Positions 52,852-64,000 of a stretch of DNA of 64,000 bases are shown here, piece after piece; the stretch's first letter is position 1; each line of letters opens with the position of its first letter. The notes under the pieces are model-generated. The model did no database searches and was not told where the DNA came from. It worked only from the letters and a program-made list of their open reading frames with translations. A program made the translations under genes and the position numbers. The DNA is from Paraspadella gotoi. Lineage: Eukaryota > Animalia > Chaetognatha. Where the stretch lies: NCBI GenBank assembly GCA_051294375.1, contig CM119265.1, positions 28,022,665 through 28,086,664 of the forward strand, given 5' to 3'.

Positions 52852-53220
52852 ATTAGTGAGCAGGCCTCGTATTGTTAATATTATTTATTTATTTTAATAA
52901 TTCTCACCTCCAACAGGCCTCAGTTCAACTTTTGCGCGGAATTAAATTTAGAAAGAGTGATGAACGCGGATCTATACGAGATGGCGAAGGGAAAAAAGTT
53001 GTGGGCGGTGTCCCTCGTCTTGAGCCCAGAGTCAGCCGTGGTCACGGGTCTGGCGCGGCTCAAAGAGAAGGTGAGTCTTCGACGACGACGACGAATTCTA
53101 TGTTAGTTTTCTGGGATTCAGAACGAATCGATTCTTGTGGAAAATGCCGGAAGTTGCATCAAGGCATTATGAATTTAAGCAAAGCGTTTATGGAGCATGT
53201 GGCGTTTTGCGCATAATGAG
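45726..53220 (+). CDS. DUF229-family (alkaline phosphatase/sulfatase-like) gene, best copy; exons ~45726-45946, ~46493-46798, ~47123-47385, ~51259-51547, 52279-~52770, ~52917-53070
   Basis: Motifs PGC.ILDKDPFD, EFLGYTKVAPATLANVAPLLTG, AHDRHEQL|VTADEP, VLFVMSDHGPRFG, YEQRHPFFFL, QRLTTPYDVHETL, RTCEDARVPDQFCGC, with GT-AG borders. Some indels present. Confidence 0.85.
47576..49085. mobile_element. Non-autonomous TIR DNA transposon (~1.5 kb) in a DUF229 intron
   Basis: Ends CAGTGATTT...AAATCACTG. Absent from the equivalent sites at ~28842 and ~57830. A second copy lacking its left end ends at 51070. Confidence 0.7.
47625..51557 (+). repeat. ~2-kb tandem duplication (47625-49551 / 49620-51557) across a small N gap
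   Basis: Two near-identical units, each with the TIR element body and one DUF229 exon. Confidence 0.85.
51701..51745 (-). ncRNA. Degenerate Penelope-type minimal hammerhead ribozyme motif
   Basis: Minus strand reads TTGATGAA-GGCT-taaagcaag-AGCC-GAAAC-ATGTC, with a palindromic ACATGT stem III and AATAAA just downstream. C3 is replaced by T and stem I is poor. Confidence 0.45.
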
Positions 53221-54076
53221 GGGGCGGTCGGCGGCGGGGGGAAGAATTGCAGATGGTGAAGAAAGAAAGAAAACGTGAAGTTGATTTGGGGTTGAAATTA
53301 TTTACAATTCGTGACTTTGAATGTTTAAGTTTGTTACAAGCGATATCTCAAAATAAAAAGTACAACAAATTTATAAATGGCAAAAATTTATGTTAATGTT
53401 ACTGCAACTAATAAATGTACCTGAAAAGTGGTTAAGATAACAATAAAAAAATTACAAATCGACAAGAAGATTAATTCAAATAACAACAATTTATGTACTT
53501 CTAAGTGACAATATGAATTTACTATCGTAAAGATAATATCGTTTGATTTCAAAGAATTTTAATATCATTAAAACTTTATTATGTGATGAAACAAATTAGT
53601 AAATACAGTTTTCAACCACTGTATTTTTTTCGCAGTTATTCAATTGTATCAGATTCATATCTAAAAACTATCTAGTATGCTGAGAAATATTACATACAGG
53701 GACGTAAAGAAACAGGAAATTAAGTAAAAAAAAAGAAATGAAAAATTACACGGCAGATAAGTGAAATAGCAGGAAAATATTCTGTCTATCGCAAAAACGA
53801 AAAACGGGCGACACTCTCATTTGCTCTTCTCCTCTCTACTTCTCTCTCTTCTCTCTCTCGTCTCTCTCTTCTCACTCTTCATCTACTCTTCTCGTTCCCT
53901 CAATTGGTCGTCGTCTGTTGGTCGTCGTCGTCGTCTTGGCAGTTGTTGTTGTACATGTTCATGTCGCTTGTAAAAGTGAACAAAATTTATGCGAAGAGAA
54001 GGCAAAAAACATCGAAAAAAAAGAAAGGACTTGAAACGAATAACCATGGGGGAGAAAGACATATCAGAAAGAGAGA

Positions 54077-54127
<51 letters not shown>

Positions 54128-54209
54128 TTGGAAAAGGCCGAGATTTCACTCTCACCAAGAAAATGAGCGCAAAGATTCATTCCTGAAAAATGAGCGATTC
54201 CTTTCTCAT

Positions 54210-54249
<40 letters not shown>

Positions 54250-55109
54250 AAATTTTCCTTTCCATCTCCAAAAAGAGTAAAAGTCTCATTACTCAGGAAG
54301 AAAGAAAAAGAAAATAGATTTTTTCTCCAGCCAGTGGCGCCGCTGTATTACGTTTCACGTAAAGTGAATTACGGGGCAACTCAAAGGCGATTTACTTTAC
54401 AATATTTTTTTTTTCATTAACAGCTTTTTATAATTCTGTATTGAAAGCTTGCAGAGTCTTGATATGTTATAATCTTGTTATAATCTTGGTATAATCTTGT
54501 TATAATCTTGTTATAATCTTGTTATAATCTTGTTAGAGGGATGAAGGACTAAACTCATAATTCGGGGGCAAGATAGCTTATTAGTTAAGTGAATGGATAA
54601 TTTTTAAATTGTTAAAAATTAAAAATTAACATTAATTGGGCTAAATTAGGAAATTAGACTACAAAGCTCTTTTGGGTAAAAATTTAGTTTGATTTTTCGA
54701 AAAAGTAAGTTTAGGAATAAGGTTCAGGGGGCAGGAAGGTAATTATGTTTCGGGTGAGTTGAGAGTGAGAAAATGAGTCTCGTGAAATTTTGGTGAAGGT
54801 CACGAGAGTGTGAGAGTGAAATAGCGAGTAAAAGTTGGTCTGAGATTTGACTTTTTTATCATTGGTGTCACAGACGACGATTTCAAGAAATAACTTAATA
54901 ATTAAAAAGTGTGAACCACAATTTTCAATTTTATAAAAATTATTGTTTAGTTTTGTATTGTATTTGCATTTGCATTTGGCATTTGACNNNNNNNNNNNNN
55001 NNNNNNNNNNNNAAAATATAAAATGAAAATAGACTTGTTTTTCACTCAGAAGTGAGATATGGAATCTGAATAACGTAAACAAATGATTATAAATGTAAAA
55101 AACAATATC

Positions 55110-55173
<64 letters not shown>

Positions 55174-55287
55174 GAGAGAGAGAGAGGAGAGACGAGAGAG
55201 AAATGGATAACACGGTGTAATTTGGCTTACGAATGAATTCGGGGCCCAGCGACAATTAAAACGATGGGGAACGTTTAAAAGAGAGAG

Positions 55288-55373
<86 letters not shown>

Positions 55374-55399
55374 GAGTGGTCGCCCGTTTTTTCGTTTTT

Positions 55400-57612
55400 G
55401 GATAGACAGAATATTTTCCTCTAGGTTTCACTTTATCTCCGGTAATTTTTATTTCTTCTTTTAACTTTTCGCTGTCTTTACGTGTATGTTAAATATTTCT
55501 CAGCTACTAGATAGTTTTTACGATATACTGATACATTGAATACTGCGAAAAAATAACAGTGTGAAAACTGTATTTTACTAACTTTTGTTTTCCACAAAGT
55601 AATTTGTTTTATATGATATCTAAAATTCTTTTTGAAATCAAACGATTATCTTACGTAGTAAAATTCCATTGTCACCTGAAGTACATAAAGGTATTTGAAT
55701 TTATCTTCTGTCGATTTGTAATTTTTTTGTTATCTTAACCTTTTCAGCTACATTTATTAGTTGCCAGTAACTTAGATAATTTGCATTTATAATTGTTGTC
55801 CTTTTTATTTTGAGATATTCGCTTTGTAACAAACTTAAACATTCAAAGTCACCAATTTTAAAAAGGTACCCCAAAAACTTCACGTTTTCTTTCTTTCTTC
55901 ACCATCTTGCAATTCTCTTCCCCCCCGCACCGCCCCTTCATTTGCAAACTTCACATCTCCATAACGCTTTTGCCTTAAATTCAAAATGCTTTGATGCAAC
56001 GTTCGCATTTTCCACAAGAATCGATTTCGTTCGAATCCCAGAAATTAACATATCAATTCGTCGTCTCGTCGTTCGTCGTCGTCGTCGTCGTCGTCGTCCG
56101 TCGTCGTCATACTCGTCGTCGTCGTCGTCTCGTCTGTGCGTCGTCGTTACGTCGAAGACCACGTTCTTTTTTTGAGCCGCGCCAGACCCCGTGACCACGG
56201 CTGACTTGGTCTCAAGACGAGGGACAACCGCCCACAACCTTTTTCCCTTCGCCATCTCGTATTCGATCGCGTTTCATCACTGCTTCTAAATTTAATTCCG
56301 CAAAGTGAACTGAGGCCTGTTGGATGTGCAGAAATTATTTAAAATAAATAAATATATTAACAATACGAGCTCTGCTCACTAATAAAGAGAGAGAGAGAGA
56401 GAGAGAGAGACGAGAGAGAAGAGAGATGAGAGAGAGAGAAAGAGAGACGAGAGAGAGAGAGAGAAACATTGCCCCCGTCATAGTCCCCCTCATCTTATTC
56501 TCCGACCCCATACCGTTCAATTCATTCATTGATGGACTTCACAACAGCATTGGCCACTCTAATTCGCTTCTCTCGAATGGGCTTCAACGGAGTCGGCGTC
56601 CGGCAACGCGAAACTTGATCCGGCACCCTCGCGTGCCTTCGCAGGTCCGGTGGCCGGGAAATTCTCGGTCATCAGAGATTCGAGCGAAGCGGGGAACGAG
56701 CCGTCCAGGCGGTCTCGAGTTTGGTCTGATGTGCATGCAGCAAGTGAAGCCAACGGTCGTGACGTCGTAAAGGGAGTCGTTTTAGTCGTTGAGAATCGAT
56801 CCATGCGTGGCGACCAGTCGGGAATCGTCTCTGGAACCATTGGCAGGAAAAAGGAGAAAGAAGAAAGGGTGGCGGCTGCTCGTAGCGTCCGCAGGGGGGC
56901 TGTGGTGCAGATGTTCCCGAATCGAGGTCCGTGATCGGACATTACGAGAGGACGGAATCGTCCAAGTCGCCGCGAGAATTCATTCGCCTGAAAGTGATGA
57001 GGGTCGGCTCGTCGGCTGTGACCTGGATAGTAGGACGGAGTGAGGAATGAGAGATTATAGTTTAAATTATTTAAAAAAAATAAATATAAAATATTTTTTT
57101 TATTTTAGTAATTAAAGAAATAGATTTAAAAAAAAAATTAATATCAAAAATATTTTAAGTATTTAAATTAATAAAAAAATTAAATAATATTTTAAGACAT
57201 TTTTAAATCTTATTTAAAGATTATGATTTTAATTAAAAAAATATTTATTAATAATATTGGTTTTAAGTCCGCTCTTTGATCTATCACTCTCCACTCCACG
57301 CCTAGGTCACAGCTGTTCGGCCGTATCGGTGCGCCAAAGGCAAGCGAACGAAAGAGACAACTATCGGTCGCGCCCCGGGATGTGCTTGAGACGTCGCGAA
57401 CCAGTCCACAGTCGAGGCCCCGAAAAGCTTGCCTTCGTTCGCACCAGACCTCGAGGTGGCGAGTATTTTTGACCAGGAGTGGCGCTCCAATCGTAGTCTG
57501 TGGTGTGAATAGTCGAAATTGGCGTTTGGGACCGAGAGCCCAACGCGCTGGCGTAGTGGACCAGAAACCGTGGGGTGGCCGGCGTCGAACCAGACCGCTT
57601 TCATGGATAATG

Positions 57613-57649
<37 letters not shown>

Positions 57650-58470
57650 GATGACTGAGGAGAGAGAGAGAGCAGAGAGAGAGATGAGAGTAGAGAGAGA
57701 GAGAGAGAGTGGGGAGAAAGGTGTGAGAGATTAAATATTTTAACATAGATCATATTATATTTAAAATATTTTCATCTTATTTATAAAGAAAACTAACGTT
57801 AAGAATTGATCAACATTTTAAGAAAATCTATCCATCGTTAAATGGTGTAGTGTCAATTGCCTAAATATGACTAAATATTATTCGAATTTGTCTAATACGT
57901 AATCCAAAAAATTTGTTTAAGGAATCTGTCTAAAACATTTGAAAATTCGACTAGATCTATCATTAATTTGGCCAGAATCTATAACATCCTAAAAATATTT
58001 AAACGGTCTTTGTTTTCATATCCAAAATTTTTCCCTCCTCCGACATTTACTCTCACGTCCGAAACATGCCCGCCTCCTGTTGAGGCGCTGCCCGTCAAAA
58101 GTGGAGTACGTTAGCTGAGTGTAGCCTGGCCCACTTTAGTGTAGCCGAGGAACTCTATGGCTCCGATTCCGTAGCAGACGATGGCGCGTGGTCTATTGAG
58201 ATAACGATAGAATTGAGTCGAGAAACTCCTGTCGAGAAATTGAAGTGGATGTTGAAGGAGGAGAGAGCGGAATCGATCCGTTGCGTTCAATCGCGCGCCG
58301 CCCTCTTTGATTTTAAAAAAAAAAAATTAGTTTTAAATTATAGGATAATATATTAAATATATAAGATTACATAATTCTAACAAGTGTAGGGTTTTAATTT
58401 AGGCTAGACATTGCTCTTTCCGTGTGCTTACGTTTCGTTCAGTTTGAATTAAAATTAAATGAAAATATTT
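55400..58470 (-). pseudogene. Inverted, error-rich copy of the 3' part of the DUF229 locus
   Basis: Reverse complement of ~46950-47570, ~51075-51640 and ~52200-53790. Minus-strand ORF MSDHGPRFGNICTT. Confidence 0.75.
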
Positions 58471-59099
58471 GATTATTTATTTCAGTTCCAGAAAGAACGA
58501 TAGGTTTTCGCCAATATCACCTGTTTCCTATCATTTCTCCTTCATCCTCCTCCCCTCCTCCCGAGATCCAGGCTCGAGTCCAGGGTTTAGGTTTTCTATT
58601 CACGCCTTTTTCCTCTCTTTCTCTCCTCACCGTCCCTCTCCCAGTTCAGTCTCTTGTTACATTTTTTTTACCGCTGATCCGCTTACAATTATTATTTCCT
58701 TTTCCCACCAGATTCCCCCACGTCTTTACTTTACCAGATATTTACAGATCAGACCTTACCCGACCTTAGTTAGTGAGTGGCTGCCCTGCTCGGTTCAGCT
58801 CGAACCCCTTAACCACGAAACACCCCGCTTTGAGTCCTGTGCTCGTTACCCATTTTAAAACAAAAACAAGGAAAGATAATCCTGCCTATGCAGACCCAAA
58901 AAGAAAAACAATACTCAAACAATCCCTGACCGATCTTTTTCTCTACACTACTTATTCTCGCATAACTGGCCGAATTTTTTTCGCACCGCATCCTTGCCGA
59001 CCTAAATTTTTTTTCTCGGCTCTCTGGATACTTTCTCCGCCCCTGGAAATTTTAATTGATCACGAAATGTTTTTTCGTCTGTCATCATCTCTCTCTTTT

Positions 59100-60367
59100 G
59101 GAAAATAAAAAGAAGATAGGAGAAAGGAAAGAGGAGAAATGTAGTAAAAAATATAAAGATTGAAATGAAATGAGAGAGAAAATNNNNNNNNNNNNNNNNN
59201 NNNNNNNNNNNNNNNNNNNNNNNNNNNNNNNNNNNNNNNNNNNNNNNNNNNNNNNNNNNNNNNNNNNNNNNNNNNNNNNNNNNNNNNNNNNNNNNNNNNN
59301 NNNNNNNNNNNNNNNNNNNNNNNNNNNNNNNNNNNNNNNNNNNNNNNNNNNNNNNNNNNNNNNNNNNNNNNNNNNNNNNNNNNNNNNNNNNNNNNNNNNN
59401 NNGAGAGTAAAAAGTGACAAAAGGAGAGATTGATGGAGGAAAAAGTCCAAATAAAGAAGGAAGGAAGAAAGGAAGGAAGGAAGGAAGGAAGGAAGGAAGG
59501 AGTGAAAAAATGAAGTTAGTATATAAATAAGGAAGAAAGGTAGAAAGGAAGGAAGCAAGGAAAAAAGGAAGGAAGAAAAAAAGGAAGGACGGATGAATCA
59601 AGAAATACAAACTAGGTTGGCTTGTGGCTTTAGTCTTTAGGCTTAAGGCTTTAGGCTTTAGTGAGAAAAGGCAGAACCAGAGAAAATAAAATGGAAAGGA
59701 CAAAAAAAAAAGGTAAAAAAGAAAAGAAGGGAGGGATCAGTAGGGAGAGGGAGTCACTCTGTCCTCCCATTCCTTTTTTTTTGTGCGACGGAAAAAAGGG
59801 CGACGTTAAAATCCAGCGTCTTTACTTCCGGTTTCGTCTCTTTAGGGGCGTAAAAAGTGCAATCTAGGGAAAGGGGAGGAAAAGGAGAAAAGNNNNNNNN
59901 NNNNNNNNNNNNNNNNNNNNNNNNNNNNNNNNNNNNNNNNNNNNNNNNNNNNNNNNNNNNNNNNNNNNNNNNNNNNNNNNNNNNNNNNNNNNNNNNNNNN
60001 NNNNNNNNNNNNNNNNNNNNNNNNNNNNNNNNNNNNNNNNNNNNNNNNNNNNNNNNNNNNNNNNNNNNNNNNNNNNNNNNNNNNNNNNNNNNNNNNNNNN
60101 NNNNNNNNNNNNNNNNNNNNNNNNNNNNNNNNNNNNNNNNNNNNNNNNNNNNNNNNNNNNNNNNNNNNNNNNNNNNNNNNNNNNNNNNNNNNNNNNNNNN
60201 NNNNNNNNNNNNNNNNNNNNNNNNNNNNNNNNNNNNNNNNNNNNNNNNNNNNNNNNNNNNNNNNNNNNNNNNNNNNNNNNNAAAAAGAGAGAGAACTTTT
60301 TATTCTTTTCTTTCCCTCCATTTTTCGTTTCTTCAGCACCCTCATCCTAGCCGCTTGCGTGCTCTCT

Positions 60368-60404
<37 letters not shown>

Positions 60405-60889
60405 CTCTCTCCTCGCTCAGTAATTAGAGAAGGAGTAAAATTTTAGGTTCCAAAGACTTTTGGGTTTCGGCACTTTTGGGGTTGAGATTTTGGGTTTGAG
60501 ATTTGGGTGGAGATCTGAGACTCAGACCTCGAGACGAGGAAAGAGGTGATCGTGGTTGAGACTCAGAAACAGGGTTTTATTTTTCAGGTTTTAAAACTTT
60601 TAGCTTCGGTCACTAAAAATATATCTGACTTTTTCAAGTGCAATTTAAAAATTTCAAGTTAAGAAATGAAAATGATTAAGTGAATGAATAAACGAACGAC
60701 GGAATGTGAATGTGAATGAATGAAAAAAATGAAAATGAATGAATAAACGAACGACGGAATGTGAATTTGAATGAAATGAAAATGAATACAAAATTAAAAA
60801 GAGAAAATGATTAAGAGGCTGAGTGAAACAAAAAGATTAAAAGAAAAAAAAGACTAAAAAAGGAGAACTGATTCTATCCATTCAATGTC

Positions 60890-60952
<63 letters not shown>

Positions 60953-61379
60953 AAAACTCACAGGGGAATGAAAAAGTGAAATCCGCCAAATTCTCTCTCT
61001 TTTTTTTTGCGCAAAAAAAATGAAAAACGAGTTTCGTGCGCAATTTTTCTGTTGTTGTTGTTGTTGTTGTTGTTGTTAGTTTTTGTGTGTGTTTTGTTTT
61101 TCATCATTTTTTCACACCTTTTTTTGGGGTTCATTTTCACATTTTTACTCCGACGTTTTTTCTTTCTTTCTTTTTTTTAGGAACAAAAGGAAAAAAAATT
61201 TAAAAAACCAGAAAGAAAAAAGACTCGATGCTTTTTTGTTTTGTTTACTTTTTTTTTATTTATTTAATTTTTTTTCTCACTCGTTGCTAAGCACCATTCG
61301 CATAAATCAAGTCGCCGGTGAAGCTGAAAATAGTGACGCGGTCGTCGTCGTCGTCGTCGTCGTTGTTGTCGTCGATGAT

Positions 61380-61411
<32 letters not shown>

Positions 61412-61502
61412 AAGACTTACGACGATCAGGGGCGATAACGATGCGACGAAATCGAGAGGAAGAAAAAAAGTATAAACGACTTTCGCCTCTTTTACTACGA
61501 CA

Positions 61503-61551
<49 letters not shown>

Positions 61552-62230
61552 CAGAAGCCAATCTCCCCGCCACCAAATCGTCATCTCACCTGACCGTCAT
61601 CAACTCGCATCATCTCACATCCTCACTCCTGGTTTGTTGGGTGATTTATTCACAGAGGTCATTCCTATCACTGATTCACGGAGTGTGATCTTGGGCCAAT
61701 GAAGGGGTCATCAGCGACATCATCACGATGACACCAATGACCTTTTCGTTTTCACTGGTGAGACAGCTTGAGCTGCTCGACCCATTTCAATTTGTTTTAA
61801 CCAAAACGATATTAACATTATCTAATACAGAAAACAGTAGCAGCATCAATAACAGCGTAAAAAGACTGGAACACGGTAAACAAATAAAAACTACCCTGAT
61901 AAAAATGTACCATAAACCACTGTCATTAAAACTTATATCATTACTGAATTGTTAGAAACTACTTCAACTACTTTTTTTCAATTTCTGACCCGTTCGTAAA
62001 GTTTACTAAAATACAAAAACAACAAGCCTTTCACAATTTGTGACATGAAATTCAATCAAGTAGCGAATTATTCTAACCACCTCTCGAATAATTGAATCGG
62101 TTCATTCTGAAAACTTTTTAAAAATTATTAACAAAAGAACTAATTGGCAATAGAAAAAAAATTAAGAACAATCCCGAACACGACAATATGCAAATAAGAT
62201 TAATGAACTAAATCTTACCACTTTCAATTT
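59100..62230 (+). repeat. Direct duplicate of ~35250-38560
   Basis: Colinear near-identity, including the GAC/GAT-rich block at 37670 versus 61340. Confidence 0.9.
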
Positions 62231-62511
62231 TATCTGCCATCTCAATACATTTTTCGTTGCCATCTCACCTGTTTACAGACGCCATCTCACGAGAGAAAAA
62301 AAAATATCGCGACTTTCCAGAGATAGTTTTATCCGCAGGTGTCGTTGAGAGAGAGAAGAAAGAGAAGAGAGAGAGAGAGAGAGACGAAGAAACAGTGAAT
62401 CGGATTTAAACCGCGCACGCGGCCACCATACAACGCACTGTGGAGGAGAGGAAGAGAGGAGAAGAGGAGAAGACAAAACAGAAGAAATAGGAAAGAAAGG
62501 GAGAGAAGAGA

Positions 62512-62543
<32 letters not shown>

Positions 62544-64000
62544 AATAGGTCAGAAGGAAATACAGGGAAGAGAAAATAAAGGAGAAAGGAAAGGAAAAAA
62601 ACAGACGAAACACGGACAAAAAAAATACGAAAACAAAGGAGGAAAAAGAAAATAAGAGAGAAGAATGAAGAAAAAAAAAGGAGGAAGGAGGAAGAGAAAA
62701 AGGAGTAAAGAAGGAGGAGAAATAGTAGGGAGGAGGAGGAGAGAAGAGGAGGGGGAAGGAGCAGGAGAATGAGGAGGAAGAGGAAGAGGATCGTTGACGA
62801 AACCAAAATATTTTTTTTCAGAGAAAAATAATTTGAAATTGAAACATGAAAAGCTACACAAGTGGAGAGGTCGAAAACTCTGTGTACATTGAGTTAAAAT
62901 GAGCTTAAAATGCCCGTAAAATGAGCACATTAGGTTTGTGTGCCCATAAGCTTTGATACTTCTAAAAAAAATTTTGGCAGAAAGGCATCTTTTTAGAAAA
63001 CGAACTATTTTTTAAATGTGTTCTCATGCTTAAATACAGCATGGAGTGACTTTATTTTATACATATAGTACCCCCTTATGGGCTCTAATATGCTGATAAA
63101 ACATATCAAAAAAATATCTTGAATATAAAGTTTAATTTGCAAAAGTATCATTTACAATTATCACCTAATTGGTTTTTATTCATTGATATTTTTAAAAACA
63201 TTATACTACTAAATAGTAAACTCCCAGGAATACCGAGCAACCCCATTTAAAAAAAATCATGTTTAGAGTTTTAAATATAACTTCGATGTAGAAATATGAA
63301 TTTTTAAATATATCTGTGTAAATAACCTTTCTTTTTTCTTGTGTATGTATTTGGCAAAAGATTTTTTGTTTCAACAACATTTTACTTAATCATTAAAAAC
63401 GTACATGTTCTCGGCTTGGATTCAAGCGCTTCTTCAGCGTCAATCATTTGGAAATTGTACAGTTTTTGTGTGAAAGAGGGAAAGAGAGTGAAGAATGATG
63501 AGAGAAAGAGAGAGAATAGGCAAAGTTTTCCAACACAGAGTTGAGAAAAAATAATAGTTCAAGTTAGGACAGGTAAGAATAGGACAGATCAGAGTATTTA
63601 GTTGGAATAAGAATGAAATGTCAGAGTGAGAGATTAGAGAGAGAGAGAGAGAGAAATGAAGGAGAGAGAGAGCAGAGACAGGAGAGAAAAATTAATATCA
63701 CCATTTCAAGTACAACAAATAAGTTTTTATAACATAGTTATTAACAATTAATATTTAATAAATAAAAATAAGAGTTTGATAAATGAAATGTGAAAGTGTA
63801 TGAAGATACATTTTTATTTCCTCTAAATGAATTGTAATAAATTTAGAAATTGAAGAATTATAGTAAATGAGCTCTAAAGTGAGCTTAGCTCGGAAGGGAG
63901 CTGTGTCTGCTGAAGAGCCGACCGCTCCCACCACAGCGGCACGACCGAATGAATAGCAGAAACAACATAAGAACGTGGGTCACTTGTCCCTCCTACACCA

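Larger units (their letters stand above)
43114..55300 (+). repeat. Large direct duplicate of 12383-12500 plus ~24176-34600
   Basis: Kilobases of near-identity, e.g. 24407-26200 versus 43913-45735. Confidence 0.9.

Noticed and set aside
55400-58470. Inverted duplication as a hairpin-RNA or regulatory locus
   Set aside because: The inverted arm is full of random indels, typical of a raw long read or misjoin. It cannot be supported without reads.
63895-63970. Possible hammerhead (CTGAAGAG...GAAAC)
   Set aside because: Stem II does not close onto GAAA and no stem III or cleavage triplet can be built.

Overview
Eukaryotic (invertebrate metazoan-like) genomic scaffold, rich in microsatellites, with N-gaps and visibly error-prone long-read segments. 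The dominant feature is a full-length ~11.9 kb BEL/Pao LTR retrotransposon (12460-24406). It has several unusual traits: no tRNA-type TGG primer-binding site but a 10-nt site perfectly complementary to its own LTR (Tf1-like self-priming architecture), gag and pol in the same frame separated by a TGA-CTAG readthrough-type stop, and a third, intron-containing, non-env ORF. The window also holds a truncated CsRn1-like Gypsy element with a -1 frameshift cassette, three exons of an axonemal dynein heavy chain, a tRNA-His gene, and a multi-exon DUF229-family gene present in three copies. Those copies come from large direct and inverted duplications (probably haplotypes or assembly artefacts) that differ by TE insertions. 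Most short ORFs in the track are low-complexity noise.
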